The translations under genes were made by a program, and so were the position numbers. Under the pieces are notes generated by a model, which saw nothing but the letters and a program-made list of their open reading frames with translations, was not told where the DNA came from and did no database searches. Below, in pieces: positions 31,159-41,774 of a stretch of DNA of 64,000 bases. Location: NCBI GenBank assembly GCA_965204375.1, contig OZ241986.1, positions 608,001 through 672,000 of the forward strand. Reading direction: 5' to 3'. This stretch comes from Candidatus Latescibacterota bacterium (GTDB taxonomy: Bacteria; Latescibacterota; UBA2968). Positions within the stretch are counted from its first letter, which is position 1; every line of letters begins with the position of its first letter.

Positions 31159-33045
31159 ATGAAGGATCAGACCCCGGAAGCCATCCTGGGCGAATTTGAA
31201 AAGCGGGTGGATGCCATGTTTCGCGCTGAGGCAGGAGAGCCGTTGGTGCGCGCCAAGAAGCAGAAACCACTCGGCCCGGAACGCGGTAACTACGTCCGCG
31301 CCTACTCCTATTCCATCATGGCGTTTGCCGCGCGCTGTCTGTATCTAGGCGAGATGCTGGATGAGGCAAATGCCGCGCTGATCGAGAATGCACAGCACTA
31401 CCTTGACAATCCGCGGGACATCAACGACCGCGACAGTTTCCACTGGCATGCGGAAATCGTCATGCGGCTGATCGAGATGTACGGCACCAACGGGACGGAG
31501 CATCCTGGCCGCATCACCAAAGAAACCGAGGTCCTCGCGCTCAAACCGATCTGGCTCTATGCGAAAATGTGCTCGTGGCTAAGCAAGGCGGAGGTCGTGG
31601 ACTCGCAGACCTGGCACATTTACGGGTCCGAGAACCATCATGCCATGGACTTCACGGTGAATTGGCACTTCTCCAAGCTCGCCAGGGACCTGCCCGAATA
31701 TAGGAACCTCAAGTTTGATGACGGTGCCACGGCCGAGGATCACTACCGCGCCTGGAACGAGTACTTCATCGCTTACTGCCGGGAACGGGCCCGCAAGAGC
31801 CTGTGTATCGAAATGATGAGCGATGGATATAACGCCACGCTGATCAGGGGATTCTATAACTTCTACGACTTCGGTGATCCACCAGTACAGCGCTCGGCCG
31901 GGATGTTCCTCGATCTCTACTTTGCTTACTGGGCGCAAGAGCAGATTGGTGGGCATATGGGTGGCGGCGGGTCGCGCAGAAAGGGGGAGAAAGCGTTCTA
32001 CCAGAACCGGGATCACGGAAACGCTCCGTTGGCCTGGTTCTACTTCGCCATCGGCAAGCAACCAACGGTCAATGGTCATGACGTCAACGCCGCACTCAGC
32101 GCTTACCGCCCCCCGACCGTAGTGGCCGATATCGCGTCCGACGTAAAGGGACGCGGCCGCTACGAAGTGCGACAGCGTACACAGGGTCTCGGGAAACAAG
32201 GCCATTCGTTTCCCATGGTGGCAGTTGCGAGCAAAGCGCCGAATCAATTACGAACCGACGGTGGTGGCATTCTGCGCTACAGTTTCTGTGACCCTGCCTT
32301 CATCTTGGGTACCCCAATGACCGAGGCGCGACCGCTGTCCGATTGGGTTGCGATCAGCGCACAGAATCGTTGGCAGGGTGTGATCTTTGCTGGCGAAGAC
32401 GATGCCCGCATCGTTCCTCTTGTGCGTCCCGAGGACAACAAGGTCGTTCTCAATGCTCAGTGGTCCGTCCAAAGCAAGGGTAGCCTGATCACACAGAAGC
32501 TCAAGTACCACAAGGGTGGCGCCGAGCTGAACGTCTGGATGTCGGAAAAAGGCTTGAGCGCACCAGTTGAGGAAGATGGTGTGGTATTTGTGGAAGCAGA
32601 AGGAGCATGGGCAGCTATTCGCGTGTCCGATGGAGGCTTCATGTGGAAGGATGGCTCATACACCGTCAAGGCTGAGGATGGCAGTACACGTAAGACACCT
32701 CCCGGAAGGATTATGGCGCTTAAGGGCGAATACGCCTCCGTCATTCTCGAGGTTATGGCCAAGAGCGATCTCGATAGCTTCGACACGTTCAAAGCGAAGG
32801 TAAAAGGTTGTGAGATGAGCATGGATGGAGCCATTCTTAGATACACCACGATCTACAGCGACCTGTTGACCTTCGACACCAGCTTTGAGAAAACGCCCAG
32901 CATTAACAGCAAGCCCGTCAACTACGCCCCGAAGATGGTCTTTGAAAGCCCTTTCCTCAATGCCGACTACGATCGTGGTATTGTGACCATCAGCAAGGAG
33001 GCTCGGAAGAAGGTCCTTGACTTCAACAAGAACACACAGGAGTAG
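31159..33045 (+). CDS. Large hypothetical protein, possibly polysaccharide lyase-like (alpha/alpha plus beta)
   Basis: Long ORF with SENH and E..SDGY motifs reminiscent of heparinase-like lyases; function not established. Confidence 0.55.
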   Translation: MKDQTPEAILGEFEKRVDAMFRAEAGEPLVRAKKQKPLGPERGNYVRAYSYSIMAFAARCLYLGEMLDEANAALIENAQHYLDNPRDINDRDSFHWHAEIVMRLIEMYGTNGTEHPGRITKETEVLALKPIWLYAKMCSWLSKAEVVDSQTWHIYGSENHHAMDFTVNWHFSKLARDLPEYRNLKFDDGATAEDHYRAWNEYFIAYCRERARKSLCIEMMSDGYNATLIRGFYNFYDFGDPPVQRSAGMFLDLYFAYWAQEQIGGHMGGGGSRRKGEKAFYQNRDHGNAPLAWFYFAIGKQPTVNGHDVNAALSAYRPPTVVADIASDVKGRGRYEVRQRTQGLGKQGHSFPMVAVASKAPNQLRTDGGGILRYSFCDPAFILGTPMTEARPLSDWVAISAQNRWQGVIFAGEDDARIVPLVRPEDNKVVLNAQWSVQSKGSLITQKLKYHKGGAELNVWMSEKGLSAPVEEDGVVFVEAEGAWAAIRVSDGGFMWKDGSYTVKAEDGSTRKTPPGRIMALKGEYASVILEVMAKSDLDSFDTFKAKVKGCEMSMDGAILRYTTIYSDLLTFDTSFEKTPSINSKPVNYAPKMVFESPFLNADYDRGIVTISKEARKKVLDFNKNTQE

Positions 33046-33172
33046 AACTGAGCGAACGGATTGTCGTGATGATTCAGCTTCCCTATCCATTGTTTTTTAT
33101 AATTGTTTTTCTTGCTATTTGCCAAAAAATAACTATAATTCTCATTTAATAATCATTTTTCCGGGATGTGCT

Positions 33173-34690
33173 ATGGCTAAACATCATCAAAATCAATCGC
33201 TATACAGGCTCGCGGGGTATGCGGCACTGATTGAACAGTATGACCTCGACGTCATCCCGAATTGGCACACGTCTATGGTGACTATTAGAGGAATCCACAG
33301 GATTGATTCCCTCGGGGGGATCATCAAAGAAGTCTATCCAGCCCGGTACTGGCCCGGGGAGACATTGGGCGACCATCTGGAATTTGCGCTCAAATACGAT
33401 GGGACGAATCTCGCAATTCTCGCCAGCTTGTTCCAGAAAGTATCAGAGGGTGATTTCCTCGACTATGTCTGCTCGAAACCGACCGGTAAGTATGCCAGGC
33501 GACTGTGGTTTTTCTATGAGTTCCTGACCGGAAAGATACTCCCGCTGGATGACCTGAACCGGGGAAATTACATCGATCTCCTCGAACCGGATGCCTATTA
33601 TACGGTCGAGCCTGCCCTCAAGGTTCGCCGTCAGCGGATCAACAATAATCTGCCTGGTGAACGCCGATTCTGTCCCACAATTCGTCGTACAGATATTTTT
33701 CGAGACTTTGAAGCGAAAGCGTTGCATACCAGATGCCAGCAAGTCGTGTCTCGATACGCGCCAGAATTGTTGAAACGCGCGCTCAGCTACCTGTACACCA
33801 AGGAAACGAAATCGTCTTATGAAATCGAACGCATCAATCCTTCCTCAACCCGAACCGAACGCTTCATAGCCCTGCTCCAACTGGCCGAGCAAGAGGATTT
33901 TTGTCGAAAACCTCGGTTGATTGACTTACAGAACCGCATCGTTGACGCCCGGTTCCAGGATCCCGACTATCGAATGACCCAAAATTATGTCGGTCAAACT
34001 GTGGCCTATCAGAGAGAGCATATCCACTTTGTGGCCCCAAAGCCCGACGATTTAGCTGGTCTTATGGAAGGTCTCATAGCCACCCACAAACGCATGGAAG
34101 CCGGTGCTGTCCCACCCGTGATTCAAGCTGCTGCCATTGCCTATGGATTCGTCTTTCTACACCCTTTTGAGGATGGCAATGGTCGTATCCACCGCTTCTT
34201 GATCCACAATATTCTCGCTCGGCGGGGCTTTACACCCGAAAGCGTTATGTTTCCCATATCGGCGGTCATGCTGAAGAATCCATCCGACTACGACGCTTCC
34301 TTAGATGCATTCTCCCGACAACTCATGCCTCTGGTGGAATACACTCTGGAACAGGATGGGCGCTTGACTGTGCATAACGATACCGCGATATGGTATCGCT
34401 ATATCGACCTGACCACCCAGGCAGAGGCTCTGTTTCGGTTTATCGACCAGACCATTGATACCGAACTCGCCGACGAACTGGCCTTCTTGGCCAACTACGA
34501 TGCGGCCAAACAAGCGATCCAAAATACCGTAGATATGCCCGACCGGCAGATAGATCTTTTCATTCGCTTCTGTCTCCAAAACAACGGCCGCCTGTCCGCA
34601 CGAAAACGCACAAGCCACTTTGATCATCTGACGGATGAAGAAATCGATGCTATGGAACAGGCTGTGCAATTTCCTGAGCGGTCTTCTTGA
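33173..34690 (+). CDS. Fic family protein
   Basis: HPFEDGNGRIHR Fic motif; inhibitory-type SSYEIE upstream. Confidence 0.92.
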   Translation: MAKHHQNQSLYRLAGYAALIEQYDLDVIPNWHTSMVTIRGIHRIDSLGGIIKEVYPARYWPGETLGDHLEFALKYDGTNLAILASLFQKVSEGDFLDYVCSKPTGKYARRLWFFYEFLTGKILPLDDLNRGNYIDLLEPDAYYTVEPALKVRRQRINNNLPGERRFCPTIRRTDIFRDFEAKALHTRCQQVVSRYAPELLKRALSYLYTKETKSSYEIERINPSSTRTERFIALLQLAEQEDFCRKPRLIDLQNRIVDARFQDPDYRMTQNYVGQTVAYQREHIHFVAPKPDDLAGLMEGLIATHKRMEAGAVPPVIQAAAIAYGFVFLHPFEDGNGRIHRFLIHNILARRGFTPESVMFPISAVMLKNPSDYDASLDAFSRQLMPLVEYTLEQDGRLTVHNDTAIWYRYIDLTTQAEALFRFIDQTIDTELADELAFLANYDAAKQAIQNTVDMPDRQIDLFIRFCLQNNGRLSARKRTSHFDHLTDEEIDAMEQAVQFPERSS

Positions 34691-34714
34691 CGATGATCAA
34701 GCAATATCGCGGAC

Positions 34715-34839
34715 GATGCTGTTGCCGAATTCCAAATCTGTCCATACAGAGCTTGTATTCAGGCTACAAATAGCCGTTTTTCCAACCATAGGTCCTTCTT
34801 GACCAATTCGGCAACAGCATCCAAAACGGGCCAAGTCCA
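34715..34839. mobile_element. MITE-A (107 bp) plus IS3-like IR remnant
   Basis: TIRs GATGCTGTTGCCGAATT / AATTCGGCAACAGCATC at 34715-34821, then CAAAACGGGCCAAGTCCA. Confidence 0.8.
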
Positions 34840-34877
34840 AATTTGTGAAGGCCGTGTTTATCGCACGGCCTTTTTAA

Positions 34878-35708
34878 TTATCCAGATACAGGTTTACCTA
34901 ACGGCATTATCCCAGTATAGAAACCGAGAACGTCAGGACGGTCTCCAAATGCGTCTATGTGATAAAATTCATTAAACTTGATATCTCTGTCATATAAATC
35001 TTTAAGCACTTCAAATCTCATATTGAAAAACAGAGAATACTTTTCGATCATTTCTGAAAGCTGTTCACTCTCTATTATCGGGGGCTGTTCACACCATTCT
35101 TCGTCCATGCAGAGTAATAAAAGTGTTTCTACTGCATTCTCTGGCATTTGGTCACGCAGAACATCAGCATAAAATTTTTTAGAATTTTCATCGAATTTAG
35201 CATCCTCAATTACTTTCAGAATTTTAATTAGAAATAAAAAATAAGACTTTATAACAGTGCTTAAATATACCGTATATTGTCCGTATTTTTTTTTGTCATG
35301 CAAAACCCATTGGATAACATTATCAAAAACCTCTGCTCCCCGTGCCTGTGAGCCGGTAAATACCTCTATTGAATAGTATTTACTATCAAATAGTCCTGTG
35401 AGATAAAAAAATGTGCGTTCAAATGTCTCCTTTTCCAATGATTGTCTCTGTCCCCTTAATTCGTCTTGTTGGAGTGCAATTTCTTGCCGCTGAAGTGCCA
35501 AGGTGACAATAACCCCCCAAAAGGCGAAAGCTGTGAACAATGCATTGACGACTCCAAACGAATCTCCGAATTGCCCTTGATCGGATATTTTAGGAAAGTT
35601 CTTAAATTCTATTATAAATACTACCAAAGCCAAGTAACCTAAAAAAACCAAGATAATAATACCAAACGTCACCCAGCACCACCGAGGTATTCTAACACTG
35701 TCTTTCAA
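34878..35708 (-). CDS. Putative phage abortive infection protein (putAbiC-like), two TM helices
   Basis: GQFGDSFG, coiled coil, FERTFF, FYADVLRDQ, IEKYSLF. Confidence 0.7.
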   Translation of the reverse strand: MKDSVRIPRWCWVTFGIIILVFLGYLALVVFIIEFKNFPKISDQGQFGDSFGVVNALFTAFAFWGVIVTLALQRQEIALQQDELRGQRQSLEKETFERTFFYLTGLFDSKYYSIEVFTGSQARGAEVFDNVIQWVLHDKKKYGQYTVYLSTVIKSYFLFLIKILKVIEDAKFDENSKKFYADVLRDQMPENAVETLLLLCMDEEWCEQPPIIESEQLSEMIEKYSLFFNMRFEVLKDLYDRDIKFNEFYHIDAFGDRPDVLGFYTGIMPLGKPVSG

Positions 35709-35756
35709 GCTAACCTCCTCTCTTTCTCTTGTTTCAAAAAAAATATATCATTTACT

Positions 35757-35938
35757 TGGAGTTACTCCGGTTTTGGTGGAGTGTTTAGGGCTTGGGTCTC
35801 AAGTCTGTGTTAATGCTGCTTGCCGTATAGAATCATTACGGCATCTGCTTCGTAGGCCATCGGCAACGATTCTATACAGTGATGTGCTCTGACCTCATCC
35901 ACAACTTTTGAATATACCCCTAAAACGGGTCAAGTCCA
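35757..35938. mobile_element. IS3-like miniature element containing an IS256-IR fragment
   Basis: Ends TGGAGTTACTCCGGTTTTGGTGGAG and AAAACGGGTCAAGTCCA; internal CTCATCCACAACTTTTGAATATAC. Confidence 0.65.
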
Positions 35939-36230
35939 CTAATCCTTTCTTGTGAATAATTTTTAACCACGCCAGTAATTCTAAGTGTCTTTTTTTTCAA
36001 TTCGATGTCCATTTTGTCTTGGATATAGATGTCAACAGTTTTGCGCATTTTCTTTTCCTCAATTTTGGGGCTAACCGAGTACAGGTTGCGAAATTACGGC
36101 CGGAGGAAAATTAAAGGTTTTTCATAATAAACACAATGAATTTGACGGTGTTGTACTCGAGGCGAGCATTAGCGCCCATCTTTTTTTTGCCTTCTGATGA
36201 TATTGCGCCTGACACCTGAAAAGGTGCGAT

Positions 36231-37088
36231 TTACAATACTGACCATCGTTCTTGCATGAACTCCTTTATTTTTTTTCCGTAGCGCACAAGATTTTTCAGT
36301 TTTGCGCCCACTTCAGGATCAATCTTTGGACCAGCGTGACTCGAAGAATAGAAACGCCCATACGGAAAGTACGACCGCAACCAATAGACGCTCCTGTTAT
36401 CTCCCTTTAGATTCACGATACGCGCGATGGAATTAACGATGCCTTGTACACTCTGGACTGCGGTTTGCTGGACAATTTCATCAAAAACATGCTGTTCTGC
36501 CTGATCGTGTGCGTTATTACCTTGGGTAACGATCACATCGGGCTTAAGAATACGCAATTCCTTCCTGAGATAAGGACCACAATTTTGGTACATTCTGTAG
36601 GGTTCTTGATTTGTTCCACCTGCGCTGGAACAACACTTCGCTGTTCTCACATGAACGAAGAGTTGCTCAATTATTCTTGTACTCTCGTCTCCAAAGCCCT
36701 CTGCAGGAGCTAGTTCAATGAAGGCATGAAGAAGGCTCCGGACTGTCGTTGTAGTTCCCCGCCAGTGCGGATTCAACGCCATACTCTCTGGAGAAGAAAA
36801 ATCCGGCTTTGGAGCGGACAAGGAGACAACCACGATACGGGGTATGCGATGGCCATTGTAATTTCTTTCTCTATAGTATTGGCTAACGGTAACGCCCTCT
36901 GTCCGAGCTAAAAAGTGAACGTTTCCTTGTGAGGCTTCTTGGCAGGCATCCCGACAACTATCTTTATTAGGACAACGGAAGGCCGCAAATATGGCGTCGA
37001 GGTTGCCAGGCGTAACAGGTATATCAGTAATAGGTGTAATACCAACGTCCTCGTAATACTGATTGAGTTTTCTTTGTATTTTATTCAT
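36231..37088 (-). CDS. Uracil-DNA glycosylase-like protein
   Basis: TAKCC...NCGPYLRKELRILKPDVIVTQG. Confidence 0.6.
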   Translation of the reverse strand: MNKIQRKLNQYYEDVGITPITDIPVTPGNLDAIFAAFRCPNKDSCRDACQEASQGNVHFLARTEGVTVSQYYRERNYNGHRIPRIVVVSLSAPKPDFSSPESMALNPHWRGTTTTVRSLLHAFIELAPAEGFGDESTRIIEQLFVHVRTAKCCSSAGGTNQEPYRMYQNCGPYLRKELRILKPDVIVTQGNNAHDQAEQHVFDEIVQQTAVQSVQGIVNSIARIVNLKGDNRSVYWLRSYFPYGRFYSSSHAGPKIDPEVGAKLKNLVRYGKKIKEFMQERWSVL

Positions 37089-37318
37089 AGCCAAAATTTC
37101 TCCGGTCAAGTCCCAAAAGTTCTGTAAAAAGATAGCTTTGTGATAGGGGGTAGTGATTTTGTTTCAAGTACGTCATGTCCAGATAACGTCTGCCTGAGAT
37201 CCACTCGTCAGACCATTCCATACACAATGCGCCGATAGCCTACGAAGCAAATGATTCTATACGGAAAGCTGCATCAATCATAGGCTTGAAACTCAAGCTC
37301 TAAATATTCCACCAAAAC

Positions 37319-37425
37319 GATGCTGTTGCCGAATTGGTCGAGAGGGGTCTGTGGCCTGAATACAGGCTCTGTAAATCCTATGTTTAGTGCGGCGGGACAG
37401 CAATTCGGAATTCGGCAACAGCATC
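37319..37425. mobile_element. MITE-A inserted in an IS3-like IR
   Basis: 17-bp TIRs; flanks CAAAAC / AAAAAC; host ...TCCACC|...TGGTCAAGTCCA. Confidence 0.85.
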
Positions 37426-37639
37426 AAAAACTGGTCAAGTCCAGAATGGCCTTTATGATGCTGGCTCTCTACGTCTTTACCACAACGGCGGCACTATTGG
37501 GATATGCCCATGAAGATGCAGATTTGTTTGGCATGAATTTGTTTCTAACATATGCAGGTGGGAATGATTTTGGGGTATTATTTTTCGCGTAGATAATGGT
37601 GATAATTGGGTTGGCGAGGGCAGGAAACTTGCACATATT

Positions 37640-37678
37640 AACCCCCGTGTCTTTTCCACGAAGACACGGGGGTTTTTT
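37640..37678 (+). terminator. Rho-independent terminator
   Basis: AACCCCCGTGTCTT...AAGACACGGGGGTTTTTT. Confidence 0.7.
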
Positions 37679-37725
37679 ATAACTGCTGAGAGCCAACCAA
37701 CATCAGTTAATATAGGAAAAACCGT

Positions 37726-38406
37726 ATGGATTTGCTAACAAATTTTATGAAAAACCGATTTGTAAAAACGGTTAAATGGGTGATTTTAGCAATTGTGTGG
37801 TTTATTGGTTTAGCAGGTTTGCCTGATGACACCAATAAATGGCTGGAATGGCTCTCGTGGCTTACCACTACGATTCCGGATGTGGCCAATAAATGGTGGT
37901 GGTGGGGAGAATGGCCTTGGTGGATTAGATTGGCCTTTGATGCCCTTTTTTGGTTTATTACATTTCTGTTTTTGCAACGCCTCCCATGGCACAAAATATG
38001 GCATCATATTATTTCCCGATGGTCCACAATATGGGATACCATTCGTAGAGTTGAGGCATTTTTTTTCGGTGTCCCCGTTGAATACTGGTTTTGCTCAACA
38101 GACGAAAAGGGTGAAGCCAATATCATTGGTGAAAAAAGAAAGACGCGCTTGCGCCCTGAACAACCAACAAACGTGTCTTTGAATCATTTGTGGGAATTCG
38201 AGCAAGATGACGTGCATATTGCTGAAATGCAGATCAGAATACCAGTAAGCGGATATAGGGCATCAGTCAGCATAGAAGACCACCCCCTTAGATATACGTC
38301 TTACGAAGAATCGGGTTTGATGTCATATTATAGTTTTGACTTGTGGCAACATTCTGGATTATTCCCTCATGAAGTTAGAATTAAGGTTGAGAAGCGCGAA
38401 ACGTAA
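37726..38406 (+). CDS. Hypothetical Trp-rich membrane protein
   Basis: Two hydrophobic segments; AGGA upstream. Confidence 0.55.
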   Translation: MDLLTNFMKNRFVKTVKWVILAIVWFIGLAGLPDDTNKWLEWLSWLTTTIPDVANKWWWWGEWPWWIRLAFDALFWFITFLFLQRLPWHKIWHHIISRWSTIWDTIRRVEAFFFGVPVEYWFCSTDEKGEANIIGEKRKTRLRPEQPTNVSLNHLWEFEQDDVHIAEMQIRIPVSGYRASVSIEDHPLRYTSYEESGLMSYYSFDLWQHSGLFPHEVRIKVEKRET

Positions 38407-38897
38407 AGTTTAATGCGATTTTGGGAGCTTTCTTTTTTGCCTCGAAACCCATATAAAAGTCAGTGCTCAAATGAGCAGAAAAACGCTTGGTTTCAGGGGA
38501 TTATGGAGTTATCTTAATGGTAATTCATAACCCCTTATATTTGTGGGGATAAAAAAGTAGGGCCTGCGTTTTACGAGAACGCAAGCCCTCTAAGGGGAAA
38601 TGATCATGCAGACATTATTCTTTCCCCGTATAGTACAAACAATCTTGCTCTTTTTCGGTTGCCCATCTCGCCTGACCTGTCTATCTTTTATCGTCCGCTG
38701 ACGGCAAATGTACACCAGAGAGGGGAGGGGAATGTCTATCTACAAGCTCAATGCAATAATCAGACTGATTGAAACACTTTTTCGACTGGACAGGTGCCTG
38801 AAAAAAGAATACGGACAGAAAATGCAAAGGCCACCAAGATCGAGAGCATTTCCAAAAAGGGACTGGAGATAACACGCTATGAGAAGGAGGTAAAAAA

Positions 38898-39095
38898 TTG
38901 AAACAGAAATATAGCTACGTGGTTACTGATGTGCGAGATTTAAAAAGCGCAAAGGATTATATTGAAAAATGGTCTGAAAGGGGATTCCGCCTGAAAGTGT
39001 ATCAAAAATGCTTAATTTCTCCACCTCCACCTCTCGATGAACTGGAAGGACCATTTGTTGTTAGTTACTCGATTGTGATGGAGAAGAAATTGTAA
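38898..39095 (+). CDS. Small hypothetical protein
   Basis: Strong RBS AAGGAGG; ends YSIVMEKKL. Confidence 0.5.
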   Translation: MKQKYSYVVTDVRDLKSAKDYIEKWSERGFRLKVYQKCLISPPPPLDELEGPFVVSYSIVMEKKL

Positions 39096-39331
39096 TCGTA
39101 ATCTCACCTTTAAACGGCGATGCCTCAAAAAGTGCATGGGGTTTAATCTGAAAAGACAACCGGGCGGTGTCCGATACAACGGACGCCGCTCTTATGTTTT
39201 CATCCAGTTTTGCAGTAATTTTTCCTCCATAGTAAACTCCCCTTTTTCAACAAGTTACGGATGGTCAGGGAATCAAATTATATAATTCTCGTTTTGACAA
39301 GCGGAGCAAAAATTATGCCAACTTTTATAAA

Positions 39332-39449
39332 TAGACTTGCCCCGTTTTAGTGGATAATAGCATAAATCGCCCATCACCTATGAAAAACTGATGGCTCAGG
39401 ATGATGGGGTTGAAACTTCTACACTATACACTCAAACGGAGTAATTCCA
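39332..39449. mobile_element. IS3-derived miniature element (MITE-B)
   Basis: TAGACTTGCCCCG...CGGAGTAATTCCA; interior reads HKSPITYEKL like an IS3 transposase tail; related copies at 46929, 47375, 51308. Confidence 0.7.
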
Positions 39450-39572
39450 AACATCATCCTTCGTTGCTTTGGTCGCATAGAATTTGGCAACAGCATCCAA
39501 AATGCGTCAAGTCCAGTCTATAAAAACTGCTTACCGCCATTTACCGCCATTAAAGATTTACCATCCTCTCCC

Positions 39573-39601
39573 TTGACCCTTTTATCACTCCTGACTATAA
39601 T
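39573..39601 (+). promoter_or_regulatory. Sigma70-type promoter of the four-gene operon
   Basis: TTGACC-17 nt-TATAAT. Confidence 0.7.
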
Positions 39602-39664
39602 ATCTCATATTTTCATCTGTCCTGAGCAGGCATCTCATGCAACTGAATCAAGGAGACTTTCGAA

Positions 39665-40534
39665 ATGGTCGTGAAGACGAGCACCGTAACCTATCGTGCC
39701 CTGAGCTTAGGGGCTGGCGTACAGAGTTCTGTTTTAGCACTCCTCCTATCGAGGTCCCACCCCCGTTTGGTTGAGTTGGGCTATCCCAAACCTGACGTTG
39801 CCGTCTTCGCTGATACTGGATGGGAGCCAGATTATGTATATCAACATTTGGACTGGCTTGAAGAGCAACTCCAATATCCACTGATTCGCGTGTCCGAAGG
39901 TGATCTAAAGACTAATCTTAAAAAAGCCCGCACGGTGTCGGGTCACAACTTTGTTGATGTTCCCTTATTCACGGTCAATGGGGATGGGAAGAAGGGCATG
40001 TTACGGCGGCAATGCACCACTCACTACAAAATTAAGCCTATTTATCGACGGGTCAGGGAACTTGCGGGAGGACAGCGCGGCCGACCATTTCCCAAGAACA
40101 CCCACGCCGAAATGTGGATCGGAATTTCGCTGGATGAGGTGGGCCGCATGAAGCCGAGCCGGGAACGATGGGTCGAACATCGCTGGCCGCTAGTGGATAT
40201 TGGTATGACACGCCAAGATTGTGTTGAATGGTTTAATTCTGAATATCCAGGTCGCCACCTGCCCCGGTCAGCTTGCGTCATCTGTCCTTATCGTTCAGAC
40301 GAACATTGGCTGGAACTGAAGCAGTCTGAACCAGATAGCTACGAGGAGGCTGTGCATTTTGATCGATGGCTTCGCCATAGTACAAAGAATCCTGTAAGGG
40401 AATTGCTACATGGCCGGCCATATCTACATGCTGCACGTCGTCCCCTTGATAGCGTTATTGATGAGCAAGAAGCAGAGGGCGGGAGAGAGATCAATCACTT
40501 TGAAAACGAATGCGAAGGCCTTTGCGGTGTCTGA
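39665..40534 (+). CDS. PAPS-reductase-like adenine nucleotide alpha-hydrolase with Cys motifs
   Basis: SLGAGVQS PP-loop variant, FADTGWE, RQCT, SACVICPY, terminal ECEGLCGV. Confidence 0.8.
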   Translation: MVVKTSTVTYRALSLGAGVQSSVLALLLSRSHPRLVELGYPKPDVAVFADTGWEPDYVYQHLDWLEEQLQYPLIRVSEGDLKTNLKKARTVSGHNFVDVPLFTVNGDGKKGMLRRQCTTHYKIKPIYRRVRELAGGQRGRPFPKNTHAEMWIGISLDEVGRMKPSRERWVEHRWPLVDIGMTRQDCVEWFNSEYPGRHLPRSACVICPYRSDEHWLELKQSEPDSYEEAVHFDRWLRHSTKNPVRELLHGRPYLHAARRPLDSVIDEQEAEGGREINHFENECEGLCGV

Positions 40535-41774
40535 AACAGAGGTAGAAACGGTCAGGCCGAAGTTCCCGCTATATCCCTACCAGCGGCAGGTATTAACTGA
40601 CATCTTTCGTGCCCTATCATCTCCTGATCGTCGAGCCGTAGCTCATCTTCCTACCGGTGCGGGAAAGACTAGAATCGCAGCCCACGCGGCCTGTCACTTG
40701 CTCAACAAAAAAGACACCGATGAGTCCCTTGTCATCTGGTTAGCGGCTACTGAGGAACTTTGCGAACAAGCGGCAAATCAACTCTCTGACGCCTGGACAT
40801 ATCTGGGACGGCGGGATGCCTCCATTCATCGAAACTGGGGAAGCCGGTCGCTTGATCTACGGCGTCTTTCATCCGGATTCTTGGTGACTGGTCTCGCCAA
40901 ACTGCGCTTTGCTGCATTCCAAGACAATACCCTTCTTGCACACCTTGCGAACTGTACTGCTGCCGTCATCTTTGACGAGGCTCATCAGGCAGTTGCAGAA
41001 ACCTACTCTTTCATAACTGAGCAGCTATGCAGTGTTAGGCCGCCTCTCCTTGGTCTTACGGCCACGCCGGGACGCACAGCAAATCTGACCGATGACGACT
41101 ATCGACTTGCCGACATGTTCAATCACAAAAAGGTTTCGATAGATCCAAGGGGTCACGATAGCCCCGTTACCTACCTGATCCAGAATCGCTACCTTGCCGA
41201 TCCCCGCTTTGTGCCGATCAGCTTCGACTCCGATACCGTAATTACTGATCCTCAACCCGGTATGGATTATAGTATTCATGAGCTGGACGACCTGGGTCGC
41301 AACCGCGAGCGTACGATAAAAATAGTCGAACTCACAGAGGATGCAGTTAGACGTCACCCTCGTACAATTGTTTTTTCCCCTTCTGTTGGAAGTGCTGTGG
41401 AATGCAACAGACTTCTCCGGAGTAAAGGAGTTGCAAGTGCAGTGGTAACTGCCAATACACCAGGTGAAGATCGTCGATCTATTGTTGATGACTTTAGGAG
41501 TGACAGCAGGGAGCATAAAGTGGTGTTCAACTATGGCGTGCTTACCGCCGGTTTTGACGCGCCCAGGACTCGTTGCGTCATTATCGCCCGGCCTACCACA
41601 TCACTGGTACTCTACTCACAAATGGCAGGTCGAGCGATGCGCGGGCCCAGGGCTGGAGGAAATCCAAAAGCCGAGATACTCACCGTTGCAGATACGAACC
41701 TTCCGGGTTTCGGGTCTGTTACAGATGCATTCACGAATTGGGAGGAACTATGGTCGAACAACTCAACGACCTAA
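40527..41774 (+). CDS. SF2 DEAH helicase
   Basis: LPTGAGKT, DEAH, TAT, GFDAP, QMAGRAMR; GTG start overlaps upstream stop. Confidence 0.92.
   Translation: MSETEVETVRPKFPLYPYQRQVLTDIFRALSSPDRRAVAHLPTGAGKTRIAAHAACHLLNKKDTDESLVIWLAATEELCEQAANQLSDAWTYLGRRDASIHRNWGSRSLDLRRLSSGFLVTGLAKLRFAAFQDNTLLAHLANCTAAVIFDEAHQAVAETYSFITEQLCSVRPPLLGLTATPGRTANLTDDDYRLADMFNHKKVSIDPRGHDSPVTYLIQNRYLADPRFVPISFDSDTVITDPQPGMDYSIHELDDLGRNRERTIKIVELTEDAVRRHPRTIVFSPSVGSAVECNRLLRSKGVASAVVTANTPGEDRRSIVDDFRSDSREHKVVFNYGVLTAGFDAPRTRCVIIARPTTSLVLYSQMAGRAMRGPRAGGNPKAEILTVADTNLPGFGSVTDAFTNWEELWSNNSTT

Noticed and set aside
39665-40534. Calling this gene cysH or dndC
   Set aside because: Motifs differ from assimilatory CysH, it is shorter than DndC, and no cys or dndDE genes are adjacent
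41573-41749. N-terminal extension of the MORC ORF (likewise 40410-40526 for the helicase)
   Set aside because: Inside the upstream gene; better downstream starts exist
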